From: an uncultured Candidatus Peribacteria bacterium | GTDB taxonomy: Bacteria > Patescibacteriota > Gracilibacteria > Peribacterales > Peribacteraceae | DNA length: 59,686 nt | Direction: 5' to 3' | NCBI GenBank assembly: GCA_964563915.1 | Contig: CAZLYW010000002.1 | Location: forward strand, 1-59,686 | Shown here: positions 41,106 through 50,216 of the stretch, piece after piece | Position numbering within the stretch: position 1 is the first letter of the stretch | Layout of the letters: each line of letters starts with the position of its first letter | The notes under the pieces: generated by a model | Told to the model about the DNA's origin: nothing | Database searches by the model: none | Seen by the model: only the letters and a program-made list of their open reading frames with translations | Translations under genes and position numbers: made by a program

Positions 41106-41637
41106 GCTTTTGGAGTTCCAGCATAGCGGTGGGAACCTGCTTGGCGAAGGGGATGGACGCCGGGATGACGATTGTGGCTGCAGCTTTGTACAGAGGATCG
41201 CGCGTATCGAGCATGCTCTGCACTTTTTCACGATGCAGTCCCTCAGCGAATTCGGGACGGGACACCTTGGCGCGTGCAAGGTGTTTCTTGATTCTCTTCG
41301 CACCTGCCTGCAGCCAGATCACGATGGCACGCCCCTCCAGTGCTTTGCGCACGGCGAAGGATTCGATGGCACCTCCGCTCAGCGTGACGACGTGGCCGGG
41401 ACGAAACGCAGAGAGGGCGATCTGCTCTTCCCTCCGGCGGAAATTCTCTCACCCATGCCGCGTAATGTATGCGTAGTGATCGCCGTGGCGTTCTTCGAAT
41501 ACCCGGTCGGTGTCCACCCGCTTCCACTCGAGCTTGGACGCCAGCCGCTTGCCGAAGACGGTCTTCCCCGCGCCGTTCGTGCCGATGACCGCGATGCAGC
41601 GGGTGCCGATAGTCTTGCTGAGAGAGGAATGCTCCAT
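41077..41637 (-). pseudogene. shikimate-kinase-family P-loop kinase interrupted by one in-frame TGA (codon 63)
   Basis: One continuous frame reads MEHS..IAVIGTNGAGKTVFGKRLA...VDTDRVFEERHG....ITRHG-TGA(41451-41449)-ENFRRREEQIAL...VTLSGGAIES...IVIWLQA....RPEF....RDPLYKAAA. The start overlaps the mgtE stop (TGATG) and the end overlaps the idi start. Confidence 0.7.
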
Positions 41638-43013
41638 CAGGTGAGGATGAATGTGCTGGCAATCGAAAAGTAGATCACGATCCCCGTGACGTCGACGAAT
41701 GTCGCGACGAAGGGGCTGGAGGCGTAACCCGGATCGAGGCCGAGTTTCTTGAAGAAGACGGGCAGCATTGATCCGACGAGTGTGCCCCAGAGACATATGA
41801 TTGCGACGGACAGACCGATGACGACGCCGATCATCCGGTGGTCGATGCCCCCGAGAACCTCCTGCGGTGTCAGGAATGCGCGGACGAACCCCACCATGCC
41901 GAGCGAGGCGCCGAGGGCGATGCCCATGACGAGTTCCCGCCGCAGGACGCGCCACCAGTCCCGGGTGGTGATGTGCCCCAGCGCCATCGCGCGCGTGACG
42001 AGCGTTGCCGCCTGCGAGCCGCTGTTGCCGCCTGTGGAGATGCAGAGTGGCACGAAGAGCGCGAGTGCGGTGACGGCGGCGATAGAAGATTCAAAATGCG
42101 AGAGCGCCGTGAAGGTGAAGAGCTCTGCGACGAACAGGACCGAGAGCCAGCCGACGCGCTTGCGCCAGATTGTTGAGAACTTGCTCTCCAAATAGCTCGC
42201 GTCGAGCAGTCCGACGGCGCCCATGCGATAGACGTCTTCGCTCGCTTCGGCTTGGGCGACGCGCAGGAGATCATGCAGGTGAATCACTCCCAGCGTCTTG
42301 TGGTGCTCGTCAGTGACGCGAATGACATCTGCATTCTCGTTGCCCATCAATGCGAGAACTTTCTCCCTGTCTGCGGTGTGGTGGACCGCCGGCATCGGGC
42401 GGAGGAGATCTCCCACGTTCACGCCGGGTGCCGCCGAGACCAACGCGCGTGCGGGTACCCACCCCGTTCCCTGAACGCCCGTCACGATCACGACGGGAAC
42501 CTGCTTGTGCTCCCGCGCATGTTCGCGAACGGTCGCGGTCACTTCGGGCACCGTCGCCTCGGGAACGACCGCGATGAAATTCAGATCCATGATTCCTCCT
42601 GCTGTTTCCGGTCCAAACAAGAGCAGTTTCTCGATTTTCACGCGCTTCTCCGGTTTCATGTATTGCAGAACTCCTGGGCGGCGCTCCTCGGGCAAGATTT
42701 GCATGACGTCGGCGGCGTTGTCCTCTTCGGCGAAGTGCAGGAAGCGCGCGAGCGCGTGATCGGAGAGCTTGGGCAGGATGTACTGCTTGCTCTCCTCGTT
42801 CATTTGTACCACGACGTCGGCCTGCAGTTCGGGCGGTAGTGTCGTGAACGTCTTGCGCTTGCCGTGGTCTAGATTGTCGATGATGTGCGCGAGTTCCTCC
42901 GCGCTCCTGCCGAGGAGCAGGCTCTTGAGCCGAAGATCGTCCTTCTGCCCGAGTAGGGTATCGACCTGGTGGAGGAGAGCGGGGAGTTGCATGGGTGTGC
43001 CGGATTGTATCAT
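41637..43013 (-). CDS. mgtE: magnesium transporter MgtE
   Basis: N-domain, tandem CBS region, and a TM domain with [16 protein letters not shown] and [11 protein letters not shown]. The ATG at 43013 forms an ATGA overlap with the proA stop. Confidence 0.9.
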   Translation of the reverse strand: MIQSGTPMQLPALLHQVDTLLGQKDDLRLKSLLLGRSAEELAHIIDNLDHGKRKTFTTLPPELQADVVVQMNEESKQYILPKLSDHALARFLHFAEEDNAADVMQILPEERRPGVLQYMKPEKRVKIEKLLLFGPETAGGIMDLNFIAVVPEATVPEVTATVREHAREHKQVPVVIVTGVQGTGWVPARALVSAAPGVNVGDLLRPMPAVHHTADREKVLALMGNENADVIRVTDEHHKTLGVIHLHDLLRVAQAEASEDVYRMGAVGLLDASYLESKFSTIWRKRVGWLSVLFVAELFTFTALSHFESSIAAVTALALFVPLCISTGGNSGSQAATLVTRAMALGHITTRDWWRVLRRELVMGIALGASLGMVGFVRAFLTPQEVLGGIDHRMIGVVIGLSVAIICLWGTLVGSMLPVFFKKLGLDPGYASSPFVATFVDVTGIVIYFSIASTFILT

Positions 43014-44260
43014 GGCCGCACCTGCCCATTCCCGCGAATGATCCACGTAGAGGAAGTCAGTTCACCCAGTGCCATCGGTCCCCGTGCATGGAGCTTCTGC
43101 GTGCTGACGCCGATCTCGCTGCCCATCCCGAACTGCGCGCCGTCGGTGAAGGCAGTGGAGGCGTTGGCGTAGACTACGGCGGCATCCACTTCACTCAGAA
43201 AGCGTTCGATGATCTTCTTATCCTGCGCGACGATCGCTTCGCTGTGTCGTGAACTGTAGCGATCAATGTGTTTCAGAGCCTCGTCGAGATTCTTCACCGT
43301 CTTGACTGACATCTTCAGGGAGAGGAATTCGGTGCCGAAGTGTTGCTGCTTGGCGCGCTTCAGGAACGTCGGATCATACGTGTTCTTCAGCACGGAGAAG
43401 GCCGGAGTGTCCGCGAAGATTCGGACACGCTTCTTTCCGAGTGGAGCGACGATCATCGGAAGATTCTTGAGTCTCGACCGATGGATGATGAGCGTATCGA
43501 GTGCGTTGCAGACACTCGGCCGGCGGGTCTTGGCGTTGAAAATAATTTCTGTCGCTTTCTTCGCGTCGGCACTCTTATCAACGTAGGTGTGGACGATGCC
43601 TGCGCCGGTCTCGATGACGGGAATGCGCGAGTTCTTCCGGACGTAATCAATCAACGCCTGGCTGCCGCGCGGAATCAGCACATCGATCATTCCATGCGTC
43701 GTCATCATCGCTGCCGCGGAAGCGCGGTCCGGAGGCAGAAGAAGGACCACGTGGGGATCGATGTGGTGCTTCTTCAATACGGATTGGATGATGGAGACGA
43801 GGACGTGGTTACTGTCCCGGGCGTCGTTTCCTCCTTTCAGCACGCACGCATTGCCTGATTTGAAACACAGCGAGAAGACGTCGACGGTCACATTTGGACG
43901 CGCTTCGTAAATGATACCGACGACGCCGAGGGGGACGGTCACCTTCTTCAGATGAAGTCCATTCGGCCGCGTCCGCTCCTCCAGCACGCGACTCAGCGGG
44001 GAGGGGAGCGCCGCGACGGTCTCCAGATCGCGGGCGATGTCTTTCAGTCTCGCCGGGCTGAGTGCCAGACGGTCGAAGCGGGGATCGGTTTCGTTCATTC
44101 TCCGGAGATCTTTCCCGTTTGCGGCGAGTATGTTCCCTTGATGCGTGGTGAGCGCGCGAGCCAGATCCTTCAGGACCTCGTTCACCGTCTTGTTCGGCAG
44201 CACCCCGAGCGCCTTACCCGCCCGCTTCGTCTTTGCCAGTGCGGACGAAATGGAGGTCAT
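43010..44260 (-). CDS. proA: gamma-glutamyl phosphate reductase
   Basis: [58 protein letters not shown] at 44260 inside ORF 43010-44950. Confidence 0.95.
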   Translation of the reverse strand: MTSISSALAKTKRAGKALGVLPNKTVNEVLKDLARALTTHQGNILAANGKDLRRMNETDPRFDRLALSPARLKDIARDLETVAALPSPLSRVLEERTRPNGLHLKKVTVPLGVVGIIYEARPNVTVDVFSLCFKSGNACVLKGGNDARDSNHVLVSIIQSVLKKHHIDPHVVLLLPPDRASAAAMMTTHGMIDVLIPRGSQALIDYVRKNSRIPVIETGAGIVHTYVDKSADAKKATEIIFNAKTRRPSVCNALDTLIIHRSRLKNLPMIVAPLGKKRVRIFADTPAFSVLKNTYDPTFLKRAKQQHFGTEFLSLKMSVKTVKNLDEALKHIDRYSSRHSEAIVAQDKKIIERFLSEVDAAVVYANASTAFTDGAQFGMGSEIGVSTQKLHARGPMALGELTSSTWIIRGNGQVRP

Positions 44261-45045
44261 CGGTTCAGTTCCCGGGAACGGGCGATGGCGTTGTCGATGG
44301 CATTGGAGAAGAGCGTCGGAACATTGTCTTCCTCCAGCGACCGGAGAGCAGCTTCGGTCGTTCCCCCCTTGGATGCAACTGCGACGCTCAGATGCGATGG
44401 CGTTTCGGCGCCGGAATCGAGGAGCAGTGCGCTGCCGACGAGCGTTTCGCGCGCGATGAGCGCTGCTTGCGTTTCGGTGAAGCCCTCCTTCAACGCTTTC
44501 GCGGCGAGTAGCTCCGCGAGCAGGTAGAAGTACGCGGGTCCGGAACCGCTCAGGGGCGTCAGGGAATCCATCAGCGCTTCGTTCTCCAATTCGATCTCCT
44601 GTCCCACAGCGAGGAAGAGTTCTCTCGCGAACGCCCGCTGTTTCGGCGTCACGCCGGGAGAGGCGATCCACCCGGTCAGGCCGCGACCGACCCGTGCCGG
44701 CAGATTCGGCATCGCGCGGATGACGGTGGCGCTGCGCGTCATCTTCTGCAGCGACGCCAGGCCGATCCCCGCCATGATCGAAATGACGAGCCTGTCCGTC
44801 AGGTCGCGGGAGAGGGGAGCGAGCAACTCCTGCGCCGACTGCGGCTTGACCGCAAGCAGCACGACGTCTGTGTCGATAATCGCTTTTGCTGGATCCGTGT
44901 ACGCGTGCTCCGCGTCGAGTTCCTCCAGTTTCTCCCGGTTCCGGTCGCATACGTTGATGCGCACTTTCATCAGGTGCTGGCTCATCCCCTTATAGAAGGC
45001 GGTGCCCATGTTCCCCGCGCCGAGAATGGCGATGACGTCCTTCAC
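44257..45045 (-). CDS. proC: pyrroline-5-carboxylate reductase
   Basis: [10 protein letters not shown], ...RAMPN.PA.VG.G....., [15 protein letters not shown]. Confidence 0.9.
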   Translation of the reverse strand: MKDVIAILGAGNMGTAFYKGMSQHLMKVRINVCDRNREKLEELDAEHAYTDPAKAIIDTDVVLLAVKPQSAQELLAPLSRDLTDRLVISIMAGIGLASLQKMTRSATVIRAMPNLPARVGRGLTGWIASPGVTPKQRAFARELFLAVGQEIELENEALMDSLTPLSGSGPAYFYLLAELLAAKALKEGFTETQAALIARETLVGSALLLDSGAETPSHLSVAVASKGGTTEAALRSLEEDNVPTLFSNAIDNAIARSRELNR

Positions 45046-46193
45046 GTGAACAGATAGAGGTAGTCGTAGTGTACAAGGGCTTTCTGCCCCTTGTTGCCGA
45101 TCGCATCGCGCGCGACCTGCGACGAATACTGGGCAATGCCGAGTCCGATTTCCCCGCCGTCTTCATCCTGGATGCGAACGAGATCGCCTTTGGAGAATTC
45201 TCCTTCGATCTTCACGATGCCGATGGGGAGCACACTGACCGCTTTTCCCGGCTCCGTGAGAACATCCCGCGCGCATCGATTGACGGTGACGACACCCTTC
45301 TCCTTGCCCCCGCTCTCCGCCACCCACCGTTTGACGCTCGAAATCGTCTTCTTTGCGGGGAACGTCGTCCCCAGTTCTTCTCCCACAAGAATGCGGTTGA
45401 TCACGTTGGGTTCCGTGCCCTTGGCGATGTGTGTGGTAATGCCGAGCGTCGCGAGGCGCTGCGCGTTGCGGCACTTGGTCTGCATGCCGCCGCGGCCGAA
45501 GGAAGATTTCTCCTGACGCAGGTGATCTTTCCAATCGCCTTCTCTCTCCGCTGTTCGAAGAACCACGCTGGTTCCGTCTTTTCCCGTGACCTGAATTCCA
45601 TCGACGCTCGTCAGGAGAATCAATGCCTCCGCTCCGACCATCGACGCGATCAGCGCGGCAAGTTCATCATTATCCGTGAACATGAGTTCACTGACGGAGA
45701 CCACATCGTTCTCATTCACGACGGGAACAATCCCTTCCTGCAGCAGCGCGGTGAAGCAATCGCGCATGTTCAAATAGTGCTGGCGGTCGCGGAAGTCTTC
45801 CTTGGTCGCGAGCACTTGGGCGCAGGTGACGTCATGTTTCCGGAAGAGCGTCCCGTAGCGGTGAATCAACTCGGCTTGTCCCACGGATGCCAGCACCTGA
45901 CGCTCTCCCACCCCTCGTCTCGATTCGCTCGCTCGGGGCAAGCGCTTACTTCTCGAGTTCAAAATAGCTTGCCCAGCAGCCATTGCGCCCGAGGAGACCA
46001 GGATGATCTGCGCGCCGTCATCCTTCGCTTTGGAGATCTGCGCCACAAGCGACGCCATGACGTTTTCCGCAAGAAGTCCATTCTGCGTTGTCAGCACGTT
46101 GGTGCCGACTTTCACGACGATCCTTCGCCGGAGCCTGTCTCGAGCTTTGCCGAGAGACTCAGGACTGGTGCGGCGCTCGCGGAGGGGAGTCAT
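45042..46193 (-). CDS. proB: glutamate 5-kinase with C-terminal PUA domain
   Basis: RIVVKVGTNVLT, ILVSSGA, DND.LAAL, and a PUA-like end (GD.V.I.D..G.EIG.G...YSS). Confidence 0.95.
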   Translation of the reverse strand: MTPLRERRTSPESLGKARDRLRRRIVVKVGTNVLTTQNGLLAENVMASLVAQISKAKDDGAQIILVSSGAMAAGQAILNSRSKRLPRASESRRGVGERQVLASVGQAELIHRYGTLFRKHDVTCAQVLATKEDFRDRQHYLNMRDCFTALLQEGIVPVVNENDVVSVSELMFTDNDELAALIASMVGAEALILLTSVDGIQVTGKDGTSVVLRTAEREGDWKDHLRQEKSSFGRGGMQTKCRNAQRLATLGITTHIAKGTEPNVINRILVGEELGTTFPAKKTISSVKRWVAESGGKEKGVVTVNRCARDVLTEPGKAVSVLPIGIVKIEGEFSKGDLVRIQDEDGGEIGLGIAQYSSQVARDAIGNKGQKALVHYDYLYLFT

Positions 46194-46326
46194 TGCCGTG
46201 ATTCTACCATCGGGAAAGGAACATCGGGATGCAGATCACGAAATTTCCCTGCGTGTTCCTTTGCCTGTCCCTCTTCCCTGTTCGGACAAGATTGAGTATC
46301 TTCTCTATCATTCGCTCTTTCCTTTC

Positions 46327-46401
46327 GCGGGTGTCGTATAGTGGTCATTATGTCAGCCTTCCAAGCTGAAGATGGCGGTTCGATTCCGCTCACCCGCTCC
46401 A
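46327..46401 (+). tRNA. tRNA-Gly (anticodon UCC), CCA encoded
   Basis: Acceptor GCGGGTG/CACCCGC, anticodon stem TCAGC/GCTGA with loop CTTCCAA, T arm GGCGG-TTCGATT-CCGCT, discriminator T, CCA. The D stem has one mismatch. Confidence 0.9.
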
Positions 46402-46616
46402 GCCTTCGCTCCTTTGCGAAGGAGCTACGGCCGGCAGGCCACTGTTTGTCATGACATCATGGCGAAGGCTGCCGGACGAAGCGCCGCTGCGCGTAGTCTG
46501 GCATTTTCTGGCAAGCAATTCTTGGCAAAAGTAGTCTTCTGCGAATCAGTATCAGGAATGGTCCAAGCCATTTCATCGATGGTATTGGACCATGGCAGCA
46601 ACAGACAACAGGAGCC

Positions 46617-47687
46617 ATGCGGGCGCTGCTCATTCCCTATAGCTCCAGAGATCCTGAGTTATTTCTGGAAAGACAACATCCAGACGGTGCGCCGTACATT
46701 GTGGATGCCCATGGCAAGCGTCTGGAGGTATCATCAGTGTCCGGCAGTTATCCGAGTACGTCCGTCCGAAGAGGGGAAGAAATGGAAGGGGCAATACGGA
46801 AAATCGAAGCTGTCCAGAAACCCTATGAGATTCTTGATGCGAAGGGAAAAAAAATCTGCTCCATCACCTATGATCCACTGACGGGAGACATCTTCCATAT
46901 CCAAACCGAGCCGTACGAAAATATTGAACAGGAAGCTGAGCACGCTGAAGAATATGTATACGTAACACATGAAAACGGCACTCCGACCGGCGAACGTATC
47001 AGTCGGCAGGAAGCTCGTGATCAACAGCGTCGATACTTGCTCGTCTCCGTACTCCTCGAACATGGAGGTGACGTTTGTGTGCCGCGTCGTTCGCCGCAAA
47101 AGAAGATTGACCCTGGCAAGGAGTCCATATCGGCACATGGAGTGGCAAAACTCCTCTACCGCCCCGATGGCACGCCCATCACTGATCTTCGTTACGCGGC
47201 ACTAGTGAATGCCGCTCTGGAACTGAATGAAGAATTACGCCACGGACGGAATACCAAGCCGTTCAACGTGATCGTGTGGCCGGGGAGCGAGATGGAACTG
47301 TATATGTATGCGCATAGCCACCCAATGGACGATCCGAATACCGTATATCTGGTCGGAGGAATGGTATTTGCAGATCATGGTTATCCCCTCTATCAATGGG
47401 AAACACCTCGAACCCGCTTCGTGATCAATGGGCATGTGTTCTCCAAAGAAAAGCCGTCAATCAGCATCGATCTCAATGAAGTGGACGAATCCCGCTGGCT
47501 CTCCATGAGAGACTTTGCTCTCCAGCCTAGGCTGTCTGAGGATAGTCTTCGATGTGCGGAAGAAAACTATCTCGCATTATTGAAATCAAGAACACCACTG
47601 GGATTCCACCATTCACACAGATGGGTAGCCAATGCGATGAGTGAAATGTTTGATAAAAATCCGGTGTATGAGGGGCGATCGGATTGA
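46617..47687 (+). CDS. hypothetical 356-aa protein (lower GC)
   Basis: Clean ORF with GGAG shortly before the ATG. No confident domain; a weak Nudix-like stretch is not convincing. Confidence 0.55.
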   Translation: MRALLIPYSSRDPELFLERQHPDGAPYIVDAHGKRLEVSSVSGSYPSTSVRRGEEMEGAIRKIEAVQKPYEILDAKGKKICSITYDPLTGDIFHIQTEPYENIEQEAEHAEEYVYVTHENGTPTGERISRQEARDQQRRYLLVSVLLEHGGDVCVPRRSPQKKIDPGKESISAHGVAKLLYRPDGTPITDLRYAALVNAALELNEELRHGRNTKPFNVIVWPGSEMELYMYAHSHPMDDPNTVYLVGGMVFADHGYPLYQWETPRTRFVINGHVFSKEKPSISIDLNEVDESRWLSMRDFALQPRLSEDSLRCAEENYLALLKSRTPLGFHHSHRWVANAMSEMFDKNPVYEGRSD

Positions 47688-47735
47688 TTGGCATGAATGA
47701 GGATACTAACCCGCTCCACACCGACGTCGACCCTC

Positions 47736-48197
47736 TTACTTCGTCCGCCCAGGAGGGCTTCTGCGAGCACACTGTTGGAGCGACTTCTCCAGAGCAATGC
47801 CTTTCCGCAAGCTACGACGTGCCTTCGCCCGATCAGATGAGCTGCACCGCACACGTTCACTACTCTTGCGCACAGAGGGAGAAGGTGCGAGCACCTGTCC
47901 TGCACTATCGCAGGATACGTACTGGCAGCCAAAGGCGTCCGTATCCGCGCGTGACGGTCTACCGAGAGTGGTACACATGCGACGCGCCTTCTGCAGCTCC
48001 TGCTCAGACGGGCACTGGGATTTTGCAGCGCACGTCCAGTGACAACCACCCTTCTCGGCGAAGAAAAACTCCCCACCCTCCCTCTGGCACTGTTGCGAGA
48101 GCTCCGCATACTGTGCCTCGGTCAGGCATGTGTCTTCAGGGATCGTTGTCGTGAGTGCAAGGAGAGCGAGCGATGTGAAGAGCAGCGCAGCGTGCAT
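47736..48197 (-). CDS. hypothetical secreted Cys-rich protein
   Basis: Signal-like N-terminus (LLFTSLALLALT) and multiple Cys. The C-terminal third is Arg/Ser-rich and of doubtful reality. Confidence 0.4.
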   Translation of the reverse strand: MHAALLFTSLALLALTTTIPEDTCLTEAQYAELSQQCQREGGEFFFAEKGGCHWTCAAKSQCPSEQELQKARRMCTTLGRPSRADTDAFGCQYVSCDSAGQVLAPSPSVRKSSERVRCSSSDRAKARRSLRKGIALEKSLQQCARRSPPGRTK

Positions 48198-48301
48198 AGG
48201 TTTTGGAGGAGGTACACAGAACGGAGTTTGTCACTGCACCATGAAATCGTCAACAGAGCATTGCTCGTACGGCGATCCTTCACTACGCTCACGGTCAGTC
48301 C

Positions 48302-48592
48302 ATGTTCCATTTCTCGCAGATCACCGTCACCATGGAGGGGCTGCTCGCGGTCCTCTACGCGGTCGTCGCGGTGATGATCATCGTGGTGCTGTACCACCTG
48401 CTCTTCATCGTGGTCGATCTGCGCAAGATCATGCGGCGGATGGAGGAGACGACGGCACAGGTGGAAGCGTTGATTTTGAAGCCGCTCGCGATCCTCGACG
48501 AGGCGTTCCAGTGGGTGATGGATCACCTGAGTCATGCGAAAAAGAAGAAACGTAAGAAAGGAGAGAAGGCATTCGACGTGGAGAAAGTCTGA
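48302..48592 (+). CDS. small membrane protein (single TM, basic C-tail; DUF948-like)
   Basis: TM LLAVLYAVVAVMIIVVLYHLLFIVV, followed by a helical segment and KKKKRKKGEK. Confidence 0.5.
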   Translation: MFHFSQITVTMEGLLAVLYAVVAVMIIVVLYHLLFIVVDLRKIMRRMEETTAQVEALILKPLAILDEAFQWVMDHLSHAKKKKRKKGEKAFDVEKV

Positions 48593-48672
48593 TCGTCTCC
48601 CCGTTCCTCCTGTGGATCATGCGCCTGCTCTCTTACAGGATCGGCTGCTGATCGATCCCTCGTACGAAATCC

Positions 48673-48716
48673 ACTCCCTTCGACTCCGCTCCCTTCGACT
48701 CTGCTCAGGGCAGGCC
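48673..48716. repeat. GC-rich word repeat (CTCCCTTCGACTC x2 followed by GCTCAGGGCAGGC)
   Basis: Direct reading: the 13-mer at 48673-85 recurs at 48689-701. Followed by the GCTCAGGGCAGG family word. Confidence 0.7.
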
Positions 48717-48742
48717 GCGGATTTCTACTCGGGACAAGTTCA

Positions 48743-49246
48743 TTACAGTATAGGTTGCTGGTCGATAAATACTCGAATGAAAAATCGCTTCAGCACTTCG
48801 ATGGACGCTTCCAGAATATCGTAGATGAGTGCGTGGAGACGACGGATTTTCGCGTAGAGTTCATTCAGCTTGTGTGCCGATCCCGGAGCGGGGGATCGCG
48901 AGACCGTGCGCGCCAATGTTTCCAGCTTCTGCGCTTCCTGGTGGATGTGCTGCGCGAGTTTCTTCTGCATGATGTCCACCGCAGGGATGTTCTGGATCGC
49001 GAGATCGCGCGCCGAGACGCCTTGCGTTCCCTGTTGTCCGCCAGCGGCGCCGGTGCCCGCGCCGCCCAGATCTCCCGAGCGGTCTTCGCCGGTCCGTTCG
49101 CTCACACGCGCGTTCAAATTCTCGAATGTCTCGAGGAGGTTCGTGAGTTCCTGCAGCTTCCCCGGCTGCCGCACGATCAACCGCGCGGTCTCGATGGACT
49201 TCGCGGAGGAAAGGCGGTCGGCGGAGGAGGAGAGAGCATTGGCCAT
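48743..49246 (-). CDS. hypothetical protein
   Basis: 167-aa ORF with an ATG start, helical ends and a central Gly-rich linker. No homology recognised. Confidence 0.5.
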   Translation of the reverse strand: MANALSSSADRLSSAKSIETARLIVRQPGKLQELTNLLETFENLNARVSERTGEDRSGDLGGAGTGAAGGQQGTQGVSARDLAIQNIPAVDIMQKKLAQHIHQEAQKLETLARTVSRSPAPGSAHKLNELYAKIRRLHALIYDILEASIEVLKRFFIRVFIDQQPIL

Positions 49247-49289
49247 GTACTCTATATTGTCCCTCTTTTGGACTGAAAAGTCAATTTGG

Positions 49290-49420
49290 ACCTCATCCGC
49301 CGGTCATAACCCCCACTCCCAGCACCAGCCCTTCGCTGCGGCTCAGGACGATGCGAGGCAGGCCCCGATCCCTCCCCCATGCCTCCCCTTCGCTCCGCTC
49401 AGGGTCGGCGAGGTGGAGGG
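49290..49420. repeat. GC-rich REP-like element cluster
   Basis: Contains CCCTTCGCTGCGGCTCAGGACGATG and CCCCTTCGCTCCGCTCAGGGTCGGCG (two family units), plus CCCTCCCCC/GGAGGGGAG complementary words. Confidence 0.6.
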
Positions 49421-49445
49421 GAGAACGATCTGGTAATCTGGATAC

Positions 49446-49775
49446 ATGGAAGAACGCACAATTTTCCATAAGATTCTCGACAAGGAGATCCCCTCCACAA
49501 TCGTGTACGAAGACGAGGAGATTCTGGCTTTCAAAGACATTCACCCCAAGGCGCCTCTACATCTGCTCTTCGTTCCCAAACACTTTGTCGCGTCTATCGC
49601 AGACGTCACGCCGGAGACAGCGCATCTTCCCGGAATGTTGATCCTCAAGGCGCAGCGATTTGCGAAAGAGAAGGGGATTGATGGCTACAAATTGACGTTC
49701 CACGTCGGGAAGGGCGGGGGGCAGGAAGTGCCGTATCTGCACTTGCATCTCCTGAGCGATCAAGTCATATCATAG
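49446..49775 (+). CDS. HIT-family (histidine triad) nucleotide-binding protein
   Basis: CIFHKI-type N-terminus (TIFHKILDKEIP) and the HLHLHLL triad. Confidence 0.9.
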   Translation: MEERTIFHKILDKEIPSTIVYEDEEILAFKDIHPKAPLHLLFVPKHFVASIADVTPETAHLPGMLILKAQRFAKEKGIDGYKLTFHVGKGGGQEVPYLHLHLLSDQVIS

Positions 49776-49799
49776 CTGCAGGTCCTTGCCCTGCAACGT

Positions 49800-50168
49800 T
49801 CAGAATCGGCCGAATCGCTCCGTGATCGCGAAGCTGATCCAATGGCATTCATCGATATCCTTTCTCCCATGAAGGAAAATCTCATTTTTCAATTGGTGGG
49901 TATCGAGTGTTTGCAAGCGTTGAGATAAAACAGAAACAATATCTGCTCTCGATTGCATTCGTTCTATGCCAAGACGCAGCAGATTTCTGCAAGCATCGAT
50001 ACATCGGGGATCGCCGGGCCAATGCAAATTGAGCTGTTTCACTGCGTCGCTCACTTGCAAATATTGCGCTGAAAATTGTCTCTCATTGGCAGATTGTAGT
50101 TTCTGCTCAAGCGCATTCACTTCTGCAATGGCATCCGATTTCGCTCGTTCCCACATTTGTTGATTCAT
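49800..50168 (-). CDS. hypothetical protein (lower GC)
   Basis: 122-aa ORF with an ATG start. No homology recognised. Confidence 0.45.
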   Translation of the reverse strand: MNQQMWERAKSDAIAEVNALEQKLQSANERQFSAQYLQVSDAVKQLNLHWPGDPRCIDACRNLLRLGIERMQSRADIVSVLSQRLQTLDTHQLKNEIFLHGRKDIDECHWISFAITERFGRF

Positions 50169-50216
50169 AGAGGCGGGAGTCTAGTAGTTACCAATAAGAC
50201 TTGCAAGAAAATTGCT

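Noticed and set aside
41449-41451. Global reassignment of UGA (code 4 or code 25) as the explanation for the in-frame TGA.
   Set aside because: Many well-conserved genes in the window terminate at TGA at the expected protein length (hrcA, rpmE, both T4CP-like genes, dnaX, proA, mgtE and others). No other conserved gene is split at a TGA.
43010-43050. M-box (Mg) riboswitch upstream of mgtE.
   Set aside because: The mgtE start overlaps the proA stop (ATGA), so there is no leader in which a riboswitch could reside.
46617-47687. Nudix hydrolase assignment for the 356-aa orphan.
   Set aside because: Only a vague resemblance (ALELNEELRHG) to the REx2EExGU part of the Nudix box. The preceding Gx5Ex7 part is missing.
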